A stretch of DNA of 64,000 bases from Octopus vulgaris (GCA_951406725.2 OX597830.1:61814001-61878000), one strand, 5' to 3'; positions 1-13,036 are shown, numbered from the stretch's first letter. Translations and numbers: made by a program. The notes: generated from the sequence alone by a model not told the origin.

Positions 1-266
1 AACAGCTGAAAGTTGATCCAGACCTTTTTTCAAAGGTCACCACTAGTTCTATGGAATTTGCAAAAGTGGAAAAGGTGAAGAAAAAAAAATGACAGAGGTG
101 TTAAAAAGCAAGAGTTCCAGGACTGCTTCAAATAGAGGAAAACACACCTGGACCAATGCATTGCTTCAAATGGAGAATATTTTGAAGGCAATAAAAGTGT
201 AAACATGTAAAGCTAAGTGAATAAAATAATATTGCAAAATTCAGGTTTCTTTTGGGTATCACTTCG
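1..266 (+). mobile_element. Tc1/mariner remnant, 3' end with right TIR
   Basis: Aligns by eye with the 3' part of the mariner at 41636-42502. Ends in ...TTTCTTTTGGGTATCACTTCG followed by TA. Confidence 0.75.
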
Positions 267-424
267 TAAATGTAATGTACACTGATATGGGCATATGAAG
301 ACAATTTTATAGAGAAATACTCAAAGTGAATAGAACTTTGCAATAGGAACTCAAGACAGGGTGAATGGTGAAGAGTTATCTAATGGTAGAGAAAACAAAT
401 GTGTGTATATGAAAACACGTTTAT

Positions 425-740
425 ATCATCATCATTTTTAACATCCACTTTCCATATTGGCATGTGCTGGATGGTTTGACAGGAGCTGGCGAGGCAGAAG
501 GCTGCACCAGGCTTCAGTGTCTGTTTCTGCATGGTTTTTATGGCTGGATGCCCTTCCTAGCACCAACCACACCACAGAGTGGACTGAGTGCTTTTTATGT
601 GGCACCAGCACAGGTGAGGTTAGTTTTGGCATGGTTTTTACAGCTGGATGCCCTTCCAAACACCAACCACTTTACAATGAGGACTAGATGCTTTTCACAT
701 GGCACCAGCACTGGCAATGTCACCAAGTAACTTGCAAGAT
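425..740 (-). mobile_element. RTE-LINE 3' UTR-type repeat with (GAT)n tail, degenerate
   Basis: CATCATCAT start and two GGATGCCCTTCC motifs; same family as 55140-56404. Confidence 0.7.
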
Positions 741-1261
741 AAAGATCCTTTGAGAGGGGAGGAGGAATTGGAGGAGGCGATCTTGTGTCAGATGATGGAA
801 AGTTAGAGTGTAACAGAGACAGAAACAGGTGTCTTGCTGTAGAGGAGATACATGGTTACCTGATCAGAGAGAGGTAGTGAGAGTGCAAGAGGGAGCAGGA
901 AAGAGATGGTTGTGAAGTGCCAGGGCATACACACAAGGAACAGGAGATCAGAATATAAAAGGAATGGTAGAGTAGAACAAGTAAGAGATAGATGGTGGCA
1001 AAGTGCCAGGGCAAACCCTCAAATTTACAGGGAATATAAATAGTAGGGTATTGTCAAAGGTGCATGAGTAGGGAGTAGAGACTTCACATGAATGCAAAGA
1101 GTGTGGGGACAAGGAATGCAGTGCCTGTTGAAACCTGGGTATATAGTGGGGGTGGGGACAACAGGACAGTAATGATACAGTGAGCAGGCCAGTAAGGACA
1201 GGATTAGGGAGCAAGAGATAAGCATGAGGAAGAGACGACATGTAGACTGCATTGCATGGAA

Positions 1262-1820
1262 GATGGCTCACTATGAAAGGCTGCTAAATGCATAGGTGAA
1301 GAAGAGTCTGTCTAATGTGGACCCAACAAAAGGACCAGCCATCTGAATTGACAGTAGTTCAGTAGATAAAGCAATTAAGGATATGAAAACAAGGCAAGCC
1401 CCAGGCCCATCAGGAATCACCACTGAGATGTTTAAAATATCAGTTAGAGTGGGATATGACCTAGTCTCCCATATAGTTAATCAGGTTGTCCTCAAGGGAG
1501 TAATACTCAAAAACTGGTGGTGTATCAGCATTATAGTCAACTGCTACAAAGGTAAAGGTGATGCCTTAGACAGAAACGATTACAATGTCATCAAATTACT
1601 GAACCAGGTAATGAATGTTATAGAAAGGGTTGTAATTAGAAATAGAGTTAGCCTGGACAAGATGCAGTTTGGAGTGGTTGGCATTAGGAAGGGCATCCAG
1701 CCATAGAAACCAAGCCAAAATAGACTGAAGCCTGGTGTAACTCTCCCACTTACCAGTTCCAGTTAAACCATCTAACCCATGCCAGCATAAAAAACAAACA
1801 CTAAATGGTAATGATGATAT
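1262..1820 (+). mobile_element. RTE-clade LINE RT fragment plus 3' UTR piece
   Basis: ORF 1383-1706 contains APGPSGITTEMFK...IIVNCYKGKGDALDRNDYNVIKLL (RT N-terminal motifs), followed by GGAAGGGCATCCAGCC and a GAT tail. Confidence 0.8.
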
Positions 1821-1919
1821 CATTAAAACCTCAAACTACAAGATAATGCATGACAATTTCAAAACAGTGTGAGTATATAAGCATCACATTTCACAGAGTA
1901 ATCTGAATGCTAAAGGGTT

Positions 1920-2190
1920 AAGAGAAAAAATTGGGTACAAGAAGCATCAGATGTAGTGTGCAAGAGACTGCGCTGGTATGGTCATGTGATGTGTATGGAT
2001 GACGACAGTTGCATAAAGAAGTGCCAATCTCTAATTGTGGAAGGAACCTGTAAAAGAGGTGAAGTCAAGAAGTCAAGAGATGAAGTAGTGAGAAAGTATC
2101 TCCAGATGTTGAGTCTCACTGAGAGGATGACAAAAGACTGAGACTTCTGGCGATTTGCTGTGCTTAAAATGGTATGCCTGGCTAAGTAAA
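1920..2190 (+). mobile_element. RTE-clade LINE ORF2 C-terminal fragment
   Basis: RLRWYGHVMCMDDDSCIKKCQSLIVEGTCKRG, homologous to ORF 55156-55515. Confidence 0.8.
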
Positions 2191-2465
2191 ATCATGGCCA
2201 TCCATACATACAAGCTTGTCCTTTATGGCCATACTCCCAAACACAATTAATTCTGTCTTCTATCAACCCATCTTCCCTACAGTCTCAGCACCCATTGCAG
2301 GCCCCCCCTCCACTCTCCCTCTCATTCCTATCCACACACTCTCACATACCATACCCACCTCCAAGCCACTCTAATCTCTCACAACATCACTTGCTATCTC
2401 TGCCATGTCTAAACATCTGCCCTCACATTCTTAAGGAACAGTCCCCTCTATATTACTTATACCTA

Positions 2466-2660
2466 TTTCATTACTACCCACAAGGGGCTAAACACAGAGG
2501 GAACAAACAAGGACAGACAAACGGATTAAGTCGATTACATCGACCCCAGTGCGTAACTGGTACTGATTTATTGACCCCGAAAGGATGAAAGGTAAAGTCG
2601 ACCTCGGCAGACGAAATACCGCTAGGCGTTTTGCCCGGCGTGCTAACGTTCCTGCCAGAC
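2466..2660 (-). mobile_element. tRNA-derived SINE, family C (Nin/Deu-like core)
   Basis: GACCCCGAAAGGATGAAAGG core; related copies at 35128, 44294, 54905, 62285 and 63095. Confidence 0.8.
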
Positions 2661-2869
2661 CAGCCCCAGCTCCTCCCTATGGGCAGACCCACTCATTCTC
2701 ACTCTGTCTGTATGTGTGTGTCTCTCTCTCTCTCTTTCTCACTAACTTTCTCCCACCTTCCTATCCTTCTTTGTCCCTCTGTGGTAGCCAAGTATTTCCT
2801 CCATAGTAAGAAGGCTACTTCTGTCCCTTTATCATACTCTAATCTCTTGGTTCTACACCCTTTTTCATC

Positions 2870-3155
2870 TGAATGGTTGGGAGTCACATAAAAGCACCTA
2901 AAAGCACCCGATGCTGGTGCCAAGTAGAAAATACCTGTCTGATGCCACCCATAAAGCACTGGTGCCGGTGCTACGTAAAAAGCACTCAGTATACCCTGTG
3001 AAGTGGTTGGCATTAGGGAGGGGCTCCTAGCCATAGAAACCACGTGAAAACAGACAATTGGAATCTGGTACAGCTTTCTAGCTTACCAATTCCTGTCAAA
3101 CTGTTCAACCCATGCCAGCACGGAAAACAGACATTACCTGATGATCATCATTATC
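2870..3155 (+). mobile_element. RTE 3' UTR-type repeat, degenerate
   Basis: GTAAAAAGCAC units, GTGGTTGGCATTAGGGAGGG and a GAT tail. Confidence 0.65.
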
Positions 3156-3687
3156 ATTTATGTATGCATACCAGCAGTGGTGCCCCAGCATGGCCGCAGC
3201 CTTCGGGCTAAAACATTTTTTTAAGGATTTATATATGTATGTTTGTGCACATATTTTGGCCTCTCTACTAATTTGTTCTTATCAAGTCTACATCTCCCAC
3301 TTCATGTCATTATTGACTATCTCATCTCCCCATCACTCTTTCTGTTGCCTATCTTTCCATCCATTCATCTCTCTTTCTTCACTCATCAACTCTCTTTCAA
3401 ATCATTCACTTTCTTCCACTCACCCTCTCTTCTAGTTCTGCTAGTAAGTGGCGCCCTATTATTCATGCCATTACTTTCTGTACTCATCACTCCCTTCTTC
3501 TCTGAGTCACTTTCTACTGGTACCCACCTGTACCACTACCTATCACTCATTTCCCCCCCACCCACCCACACATACAGTCACAACCTTTACCCACTATTTT
3601 CGATTCTTCTGACATCACTTTCTCTTCTACTCCGTTTGTTTTTTTTTCAAAATGTTACCTTGTAGAATACATATACACATGCCTTAA

Positions 3688-3907
3688 CCCTTTAGCATTC
3701 AAACCGGCCATATCCGGCCTAAATATTTTACCTCCTTTTTGTTCAAGACCATTCAGATCCAGCCTCTTACCCTATCCTACAATATTATTCCCAAAGCAAA
3801 GAGTCACATTGCAGAAATCTCACAGCTATGAGAGAATGCAGGATTAATTCAATGCAATGTGAATAAACAAGCATCGCATTTGGTAGAATAATGGGAATAC
3901 TAAAGGG
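3688..3907. mobile_element. piggyBac-type MITE
   Basis: TTAA|CCCTTTAGCATTC ... GAATACTAAAGGG|TTAA: terminal inverted repeats with a TTAA duplication. A partial right end lies at about 1825-1917. Confidence 0.8.
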
Positions 3908-4109
3908 TTAATCAGAGGCGTCATAAATCTAGATTACATCACCACATTAAATCACCATTGGTGCCTTCATGACACCCGATTCAGGGTTTTAGTTCATCCA
4001 CTCTAACATTATTGAACCACACCTCCTTAACACAATTGTACACACTAACTTGCCATCGCTGATTCGTTCAGATGGCCTAAAATCATTCTGCTGATACTAG
4101 AAAAGAAAT

Positions 4110-4328
4110 AAGTTAAGTTAATTTTTTGGCTCAAAAGCAAAAAGCAAGGCCATGTAGAGGCACATGGAGTTATGTACAGGGTGGTGTTCATACAAAGAGT
4201 TCAGGCCATTTGTGGTCAAGGGAGACTTTGAACCAAGCGGTCGTCGGTATCTTCACTATTTCGTCCGGCAGCTTATTCCACGGATCCGCAACCCGGACGG
4301 AGAAAGCCCCTCTCCTTCGATTGAAATG
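4110..4328 (-). mobile_element. CR1-clade LINE 3' end
   Basis: (TAACT)n tail; matches copies at 14512, 21770 and 44802. Confidence 0.8.
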
Positions 4329-4720
4329 TTAAATGATTGTTAAAATTCAACACTGGATTGCATACCTACAATTAGAGCATACAGAGGACATCAGTTTAAA
4401 GTTTCTAAACAAGCACACACAACTTCTTACAATTCTGCAACCAATGACATTCTTGAAGTAATCCATTGGCAGTTGAAATCAGCCTTATACACATTAAATT
4501 GTAACTGGTTAGAATATCAAGCAATTATGTCTACCTTTTTAGAAACATAGTATATAAATATATATATTGCTTTCAAAGGTATTGCTTCCTAAAACTGCAT
4601 CTTCACTAGTATCTCTGTGAACTTTTTACACCATCTCAAAATCCAAATGTTTCAGGAAAAAATACAATTTCAAAAGAACTCTATGATTCTCTATAAACTT
4701 CTAAGCATCTTACAGTTTTC

Positions 4721-4970
4721 GGATCTTTTCGGTTTGAACGGCAGTTTTTAACATAATTTCTAGGTAACTAAAAAATTTTAAACTTCGTATACTAGTAGAA
4801 TGTGTTTATAAAACATCTTTTTCTCTTGGTTTTATTGAGAAAATTCTATAGTTTGTAAGATATTTGTTGTTTTTTTTTCTTGCAATAGATCGATATTAGG
4901 GTCATAATTATGGGTGACAATTTCATATGACACCGCTAGAAAAAAACTGCCGTTCAAACCGAAAAGATCC
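4721..4970. mobile_element. MITE with ~29-bp TIRs, internally deleted copy
   Basis: GGATCTTTTCGGTTTGAACGGCAGTTTTT ... AAAAACTGCCGTTCAAACCGAAAAGATCC, flanked on both sides by CAGTTTTC. Confidence 0.9.
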
Positions 4971-6038
4971 CAGTTTTCAAAATATTGGTGAAATTTTCAG
5001 GAGTACTGCAAACATTAATTTTCAATGAATTACCAATGTTACCAACATTTCTAGAACATTGAACATTATATTTAGATGCTACTGATATATGTGTTACAAT
5101 AAAACAGCTTCTCAGAGACATGGTGGCATTGTTCATGTGAACTCACAATCTGTTGGTAAACTGTTTAGTGGCTGTGTATTCCACCAGTGAAGATGTACAA
5201 TGTTGTATAGATGGACATATCAGCTAGTTATTTCTAGCTGTGTCATGTGCTTTTGCTGGGTCACCACTAGTTGCATGAAGAAGAACTCTAATTTCTGTTT
5301 AGAGATTTCTGAACAACCAAATATTCCTTATGTAAATCCCCAAACAACTTTTTTGTTACTATGAATGACAAAATATCAATAGAATTTGGAGATAAATGTT
5401 CTTGGATAAGTGTGATTATAGCAGAAGTCAAAATGTTAGCTGGCCCTTTGTGTTGCAGTCACCATCCATTCATTGTGGTTAGCTGCTGGTCATGCTACCA
5501 TCTTCAAACGTCTCTCATTCACAGCCTGATCATTGCTTTTGTGCGGTCAGCTTCGATCAGCTGTTGTATTGGTGTAGCTAAGGTGCACCGAATAAATAGT
5601 GATGGTTAGGCTCAGAAAGAAGTGTGTGCCAAAAGATGAAATTGTAGTTGGAGCTGATTCCATACGTAGTTCTTATTGGTCAGGTTTTTGTTCAATGATG
5701 TGGGGGGTAATACTGTAGCAAATTGCGACTCTGGATAAAATGATCTGATAGCTAACTATTTCTGCTACGTTTGTAAAAATGAAGATAATCATCGCTCAAA
5801 CACCATATTGACGCCCTAAACAAATGGACAGCATTTTAAAAGTGTATTTAGATTTTATCAGGAAGATTCATTTCTTCAATTAAAAATATTCGATTTCATA
5901 TGATGAAAACTTTGTGTGTGTGTATGTTTTTCCTGTGCGAGCTAGTTGTAAAACGTATGCATACACACACACACTGCTTAGAGGGAGCATTCGTCATAAG
6001 ATTTAAATTGACAAAATAATTTTGGGTTCAATAGCTAA

Positions 6039-6195
6039 CAGTGGCGTAGCAAGTGTCGTCAACCGGGCAACCTTTGAGTTTCCCACCCCTCCTCGTCCAT
6101 AATACAGGCTTCAACAGGAGACCAAAAAGTGCCGCCCCCATAAATGCGTCGTCCACGGCAGACCGAGCATCGCGCTTCCTCTAGCTACGCTGCTG
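6039..6195. mobile_element. Small hAT-like MITE
   Basis: Imperfect TIRs CAGTGGCGTAGC ... GCTACGCTGCTG around a GC-rich interior. Confidence 0.55.
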
Positions 6196-6923
6196 TTATC
6201 AGTTTTGAAACAATAAAAACATTTAAACCAGTTAATTATCATGTACAAGGGTCAGAACATGAATGCTTTGTTAAAGAAAGATAATATAAATTATATTCAG
6301 ATAAATGCGAAACAAGTCGAGCTAAACACGAGCTGTTTATACACAAGAAAAAAAGGAAGAGTTAAGTAAAAAACAAATACAACTTATCTTTACGGAGTAA
6401 CTTCACCTCACCAACTTTATAAATCCAATACTATGAGTAAAGGAGCAACAATTACCGACAGGTGGGAAGAGCAACTGAGATGGCGCCTTGTAAGTAGTAA
6501 ATAATTTGTAATATCTAAATGATATAATTTAATGTAATAAGTAAAGAATGAAATAGCCTCGGGTATTATTAATGGTAAAGTGTGAAATGTGATTAAGCAT
6601 ATCCAAACACATGTCTTTCAAAGTGGCCAGGTGAAAACGAGGCTTTGACCCCAATGACACTATTGATTCAAGATACGAGTTGACGCTACTCAGCTATGAG
6701 TAAGAATATCTCTTTCACGCTTAGGTTCTTCTTCAATGGTGGCAAAAGGTAAACATTCATTTTACACCGATTACGATAACAGTTTTGCTTGTTTCTCCGT
6801 ATTCTTTCAAATATTGTTGGGGGGGAAGAACATTCGTTGCAGTCCGATTAGCCGACAGAGAGCAATTTCTGAGGTTAATGTTCTTGACGAAGATGACGGA
6901 ATGTCTGTTGATAATAAAGTGAA

Positions 6924-7976
6924 ATGTTCACTTCAAAAAGTCAGCCAAAGTTTGCTACTTTATGTGAGAATAACCACAATATTTGTATGGATGAAGACAA
7001 ACAGAAAACTCCAGAATACAATATTGATTCCACACACTCTCTGGATACAATCAACAAATCTAATAGAAAGGCAGTTTCAAACAGTAAAAAACCACACCGG
7101 AAAGCATCTTTTAAAAATGTAAAAGACTTCATGAGCCGAATTGTGATGCGACAACTTCAGCTACAACCTTATGATAGTGAACAGTTTGATTATAGTTGTA
7201 ACACAAGTCACGATGAGGATGAGAAAAGATACTTTACTAACTTGAATAGTTGCGGGGATAGTGCGATTGTTTCTGTTGCTACAGTGACACCCATCGGTGA
7301 TACCCTGCTAAATGTTAAGTATAAAGGCGACCAAAATATTTCAGTGATGTCAGCTCCTAAGTCTAACCATAGCAATTCCACTATGGCCAGCAATGTATCA
7401 TGTAATCCTTCCGCGGTTACACCTCTGTCGGAGACTAGCGATGGCACTAAATATAAACATTATAACAGTTGCTGTGAATCAACAATCCGCCCACTGCTTA
7501 CTCACAATAATAATAATAATGGTATAAATAGTGATCAAAATATCCGCCATGGAAGACAGAACAAATTTAAGACACCTGTTTGGAATGATACGACTCCTGG
7601 AACAGTGGGACTTTATAACCACGGCAACACTTGTTTTATGAATGCTGTGCTACAATGCATTAGCAACGCAAGTTTTCTTTCTGGATATTTTGTTATGGGA
7701 CATTACAAAGAAGAACTAAAAAACAACAAAAATGTTTGTAAAAAGTTCGGATCCAGTGGTGAGGTGACCGAACAATTAGGTATTCTGTTACGAAGCATTT
7801 GGTCAGGAAAATACAACCCCGATATTTCTAGTGATTTCAAAACTGTTATAGGTAAATATAATTCCCAATTTAAAGGATTTAATCAACACGACGCGCAGGA
7901 GTTCCTTCTCTGGTTATTGGACCAAGTACACGAGGATCTAAATTTACCTATTAAAAAGAGTAAGAATAATCAACAG
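6924..7976 (+). CDS. USP31: USP31/USP43-like ubiquitin-specific protease, coding exon 1
   Basis: Cys box GLYNHGNTCFMNAVLQC and QHDAQEFLLWLLDQVHEDLN; donor CAG|GTGAGT at 7976/7977, phase 0. Start codon less certain (see finding at 6736). Confidence 0.9.
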
Positions 7977-10731
7977 GTGAGTAAAAAAAAATTTTTTCGT
8001 CTGCCTTTTTACTACTGCTACTCCTCACATTTTATGCAATGCATTGCGTAAGTTCGAATCCTAACGGAAGTAGCCAGGAATAATCAAAGAAAAATACTTG
8101 ATGGCTGACAAGAGCTATCTTCCGGTATTGGTGTCTGTTTGTTTATGTTCCGAGTCCAGCTGTTAATTGCGTAGGACCAGTAAAACAAATACATGTAGTG
8201 TGTGATTAGTTTCAATATATTTGAGATTTTGTTTTGCTACCTTATCACTATCGATGTTCGTTTCCTTCACAAGAAAAGCTGTGTTCAGCAGCCCTCGAAG
8301 TAGTTGTTTAACCCCCAATATCAAAGGCATTCTAACGCAGGATTACTTTAATCCAGTGATTTGAGGGAGATTTGACTTTTATTTCTAGTAGATTGAACGC
8401 CTGTGTACGAGCTTTCTTATGAGCCGATGCTACTTAAGCCTTGGTTAGCCCTGATCGAGCAGATCTATAATTAAGTAATTAAGGATATGTAAGGTATGGC
8501 TGGGTTTATCCTTATAGTAACGAAAAGAAACAAAGCGGGTCAAGACGAAAAAATACGTAACATAAAGAATCTTTCACTTTTCCCATCTGTCGTAATTAGT
8601 ATCCATCAATCCGTTGTAGGAAAAACAAACTTGCAGCATCTATACTTAAATAAAACAGCTTTATTGAGATATATCGGATTAAACGAGTCGCTTACTTAAA
8701 TTGGGTTGTTATTGTGTTTAAGTCACGAATATTGTCAATTAACAAACGAACATTTGTTTATGTTAACTATTATTATTTATGGTATTAAAATGAAATTCTG
8801 AGACACCTCACAGTCGGTTTCCTAATTAAAATGTATTGCTACTTTCTATTCTTTAATTAATGGTTTTACAAATATACAGTTGTTTTGTTTCGGGGCTTTA
8901 TTTTTTTTTGTCCTTTTCGTCCGACTTCGTTTAATAATAATATGTATTATTAAAAAAATCTATAAAGATTTTTTAATAATACATATTTTTTATTAAAAAA
9001 ATTTCAAGATAATTTTCGAAGGTATTGACGATGACAACAACTTTTTTTAAGCAAAAAGAAAAGAAATCCGTACATTTTACACCATTCAACAACTTATGTA
9101 TGATAATTGCACACACGCTCACAATCTATTAATTGGATTGTTGTTTATTATCAACATGAAAATTGAAGGCACGATAAAAAAAAATTAAAATAAATAGATT
9201 ATCAGCCTACAATACAAATCGGAAATATTCAGTAATAATCTATCGATTTGTAGCAGGTGATTCATAAACCAAGTTATTGAATAGTCAAAATGGTATGAAC
9301 TTCTTTTCTCTTTGAGTAAAAGAGAAAATTAACCTGGGGGAAAAATTTTCATTGGCATAATCGTTACCTAAACCTTCGAAAACGTATACGAAAAGATACA
9401 TTAGGTAAAAAAATACATTTTTAAAAGTTATGACGAAACCAAGTAAGCAGTGGGGGGCACCTGACTGTAGATATCCTCTTTTAGTTTGTTTTTTGTTAAG
9501 TTTTGTTTTTACCAAATATATATCATTTGTGTTCTAAATGTATAAATATATATATTAGCTTCTGTAATGTAATTTTTCCATTCTTAATCAATTGAAACAG
9601 TATGTTCAATGTTCAGAAAGTGAAACAGTATAATTTATTTCATCATTTTGAAAACTATAGTTTCTTTTTTAACAAGATATTTGTTTTCCTTATTCATTTA
9701 ATAATAAGCGTTTATAAAGCATTTGGTTGAGATTTTTTTTTATATCGTTAAGTGCAGATTCTTAATCTCCTAAACCATATAAATTTCAAGATCATTTTCT
9801 TTAAAATGGTCTAATAGGAGGAGATGGGGTTAAAAAATCGGTAAATCTATGGTTTAACAAACAAATGCTGACACATCATTTAATAGTTTCGGTTTTCACC
9901 TCAACACTTTACTTGTTTAGGAATTTGAGCTTAGATTATTTTAAAGCAAATAAAAGTCCCAGACTGTCTTTGTATACCGTAATCATTGTTAAAAACCACA
10001 CGTTTTAAATTTTGCATGAAAACAAATGAACAAAATGTATTTTTACAGCAAAAGCATTTCACTTTCATAATCGTGTATACCGCGTTACTTTCACTTCCTG
10101 TCGGACAGGAATTTTTATTAGTAGATATACTGCGACCAGCTTTTTGTCATTGGCATAGGTTTTTCACCATTGTGCCTTTTGTGTATGTTTTAATGTTGTT
10201 CACATTTCTTATTCCTGAGTCTGTGTTCTTTCGCTTTACCCTTTAGGTGAGTGGTATGTATTTACTTGTCTTACAGGAATATGACCAACGTCAATAGAAA
10301 TTTATGGAATTACAAAATTTTCAAAATTCAAAACCAGGCAGACGTTGCATGTATTTCTACACATGCAAACACACACACTTGTCATCATCATTTAACGTCC
10401 GTTGTCAGACGGGATGACTGGAGCTCATGAGCGGGAGAGCTGCACCAGGTTCCAGTTTGATTTGGTATGGTTTCTACTGCAGGACGGCCTTCCTAACACC
10501 AACCACTCCAGGAGTGTAGTGGGTGCTTTTACATGCCACCGGCGAAGGTGTCATTTACATGACACTACGATTCATAGGTGGGTACCATTTACATGTCACT
10601 GTCAACGACCACAACTATGATCCATGGGTGGATTGCCAAAACAGTCACACAAGTATGGTGCAGGCTTTGGACTGGCCAGCTTTTGTGGTACTGTCCCACC
10701 CTTGCTAGCATGGAACACAGGTTAAATGATG

Positions 10732-10764
<33 letters not shown>

Positions 10765-10779
10765 GGAGATATGCTGTGA

Positions 10780-11243
10780 CTGCGAAGACCCAACAAATAA
10801 CATGAGTTCATGGCTGTTTCCTGCACCAGCTTCACATAGAAGCCCCAACCCATCCAAAGTGCCCTGGATCGCAGGATGGCCTTCTGTGCTTACCTTGGAT
10901 CATAGGATGACCTGCTGTGCTTGAGGTGACCTATTGAGTCAAGTACATCAACATCAAAAAATCAAATGGAAATTGTAGTTGCGATACCTGTGCAGGTGGC
11001 ACGTAAAAAGCACCAACCGATTGTGGGCGTTACCTGCCTCCCCTGGCACCTGTGCTGGTGGCACGTAAAAAGCACCCACTACACTCATGGAGTGGTTGGC
11101 ATTAGGGAGGGCATCCAGCTGTAGAAACACTGCAAGATCAGACTGGAGCCTGGTGCAGCCTCCTGGCTTCCCAGACCCCGGTCAAACCGTCCAACCCATG
11201 CTAGCATGGAAAACGGACGTTAAACGATGATGCTGATGATGAT
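10780..11243 (+). mobile_element. RTE 3' UTR-type repeat with (GAT)n tail
   Basis: Two GGTGGCACGTAAAAAGCACC units, GGGCATCCAGCTGTAGAAAC and a GAT tail. An inverted partial copy lies at about 10382-10545. Confidence 0.8.
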
Positions 11244-11377
11244 ATATATAAGTAAAAATTTAGATTCTGATGAATTAGGTACTTAAGTTGAGGCACCAGA
11301 ATATAATACGGTATTAGCCATACAGTTTCAAAGTAAGGTGATTAAAATCAAAATAAGCAACAGGATATCCAGAGGTA

Positions 11378-11465
11378 ATGCAGTACGGTCGTTTCAAGTG
11401 ACTCCATTTAATTGAATAATGCAACCATTACATCAATTTAAATGCAGAGCAATCCTCAGCTGCAT
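11378..11465 (-). ncRNA. Minimal type I hammerhead ribozyme motif with extended stem II
   Basis: Minus strand reads AUGCAG-CUGAGGA-[long hairpin]-GAAA-C-GACC-GUA/CUGCAU: 6-bp stem I and intact core. Confidence 0.7.
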
Positions 11466-12066
11466 ATGCGACCTTATTGGACTATTCCACTCGATACGTT
11501 GGGCAAGACTTTTCCTGGCGTATACTTCACCATTTATGAAGATGATGCCCTATCTTTAACCGCAAATACCAGTGGACCAGCACAGGATTGGTTTAGGAAG
11601 GACATTATCCATTTGATGAAAGCTTTCAGTCTTAACATAACCACAGATACCAACCTAATGGTTGTCAATTTCCTTGATGTATCCTAAGATCTAAATAAGA
11701 ATATTTATAAACCTTATAGGAGACCCAATGATAGACTTAGTTATATTAATGTAGGTTCCAAAGAATTTCTAGCCTCTTCTCCGATAGGGACATTTTTAAT
11801 AGCGTTGCCCCAGTATATAAGGCTCTAAAAGATAGTGGATTTAATGAGGAAATAACCTATACACCTAGCACCAGACCAATAATAAAGAAGAGGAAACAGG
11901 AATAGGAAAACTATCTGGTTCACACTCACCTGAAGTGACCTTTAATATAGGCAAGTATTTCTTAGTCAACCATACTTACAGAAAGCTCCTTAATAGACAT
12001 AACTACTAATTTTAAATATATAATCGCACACAACACACAAAAACCACAATATGAAACCAGCTGTTC

Positions 12067-12380
12067 TCTCTCTCTATCCGCACAGTCGAGGTCGACTCTC
12101 AGTCACTCGTTGGATCAGTGTCCTCCAGTCAGTTCTATCCTGGGCCGCTTCCTTCAGATTGGCCATGTCCATTCCGGTATCACTCCTGATGGTGTCAAGC
12201 CAGCGGGTTCTTGGTCGGCCTCTTCCTCTCTTGCCACTGACCATTCCGAGCATGATGTCCTTCTTCAGGGATTTTCTCCGCATAATATGACCGAAATATG
12301 CCAATCTACACTTGGTGATCCCAGCTTCTTGCGACATTTTTGGCCTTATCTGCTTAAGAACTTCTCCATTGGTAAGCCTC
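12067..12380 (-). mobile_element. RTE-clade LINE 3' fragment inserted in the PLE
   Basis: RLAYFGHIMRRKSLKKDIMLGMVSGKRGRGRPRTRWLD; GCTGTTC duplicated at 12060-12066 and 12381-12387; (AG)n tail. Confidence 0.9.
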
Positions 12381-13036
12381 GCTGTTCATGCAGGGATAAA
12401 AATTTGTGCCCACTAAATGGAGCTTGCATGTCCAAGACCATCATTTATGAAGACACCGTGGACTCTATATTCACTAAGAACACAGTTTCGATGAAGAAAT
12501 ACATAGGCCTTACAGAGGGTAATTTCAAGGCCAGGTTCAGTAATCACACCTTGAACTTCAGGCACCGGAATAAAAGGAAAATGACCAAATTATCCAGTCA
12601 TATATGGTCCTTAAAAGATAAAAGTTTCAGTTACAAGATCCATTGGAAGATCTTAGCCAAGTGTAAGCCCTACACCAACGGCAATGGAAGGTGCAGTCTT
12701 TGTGATATGGAAAGATAGCTCATCTGAAAGGGCAGCTTACACCCAACCACATGTCTAAATTCAAGAACTGAACTTTTCGGATCATGTCCATATGTGGCTA
12801 AATATTTGTTACGTTTTTGCTCCCCCTGAGATTACAGATAGGACTTGCTTTCTCTATTGTGTCCATATACAAGCATTTTATCTCTCTATACTTTTTATTT
12901 ATATTTCTTATATATTTTTTAATATATTTATAGAGATATTGGTTTATAGTTTTATTGTCTGGCAGTTGCCATGATAGATCGGTAGCCACTACACACATTT
13001 TTTTCTCTCCTTCTCTCCTTGTTTCTTTCTGTGTTC

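Noticed and set aside
7977-8051. ORF-track extensions of USP exons beyond the donors (also 18492-18770 and 24911-25133)
   Set aside because: They are intronic read-through. Strong GT donors and phase-consistent downstream exons explain the structure.
11267-11273. CTGATGA as a further hammerhead core
   Set aside because: No properly placed stem II-GAAA-NUH-stem I follows.
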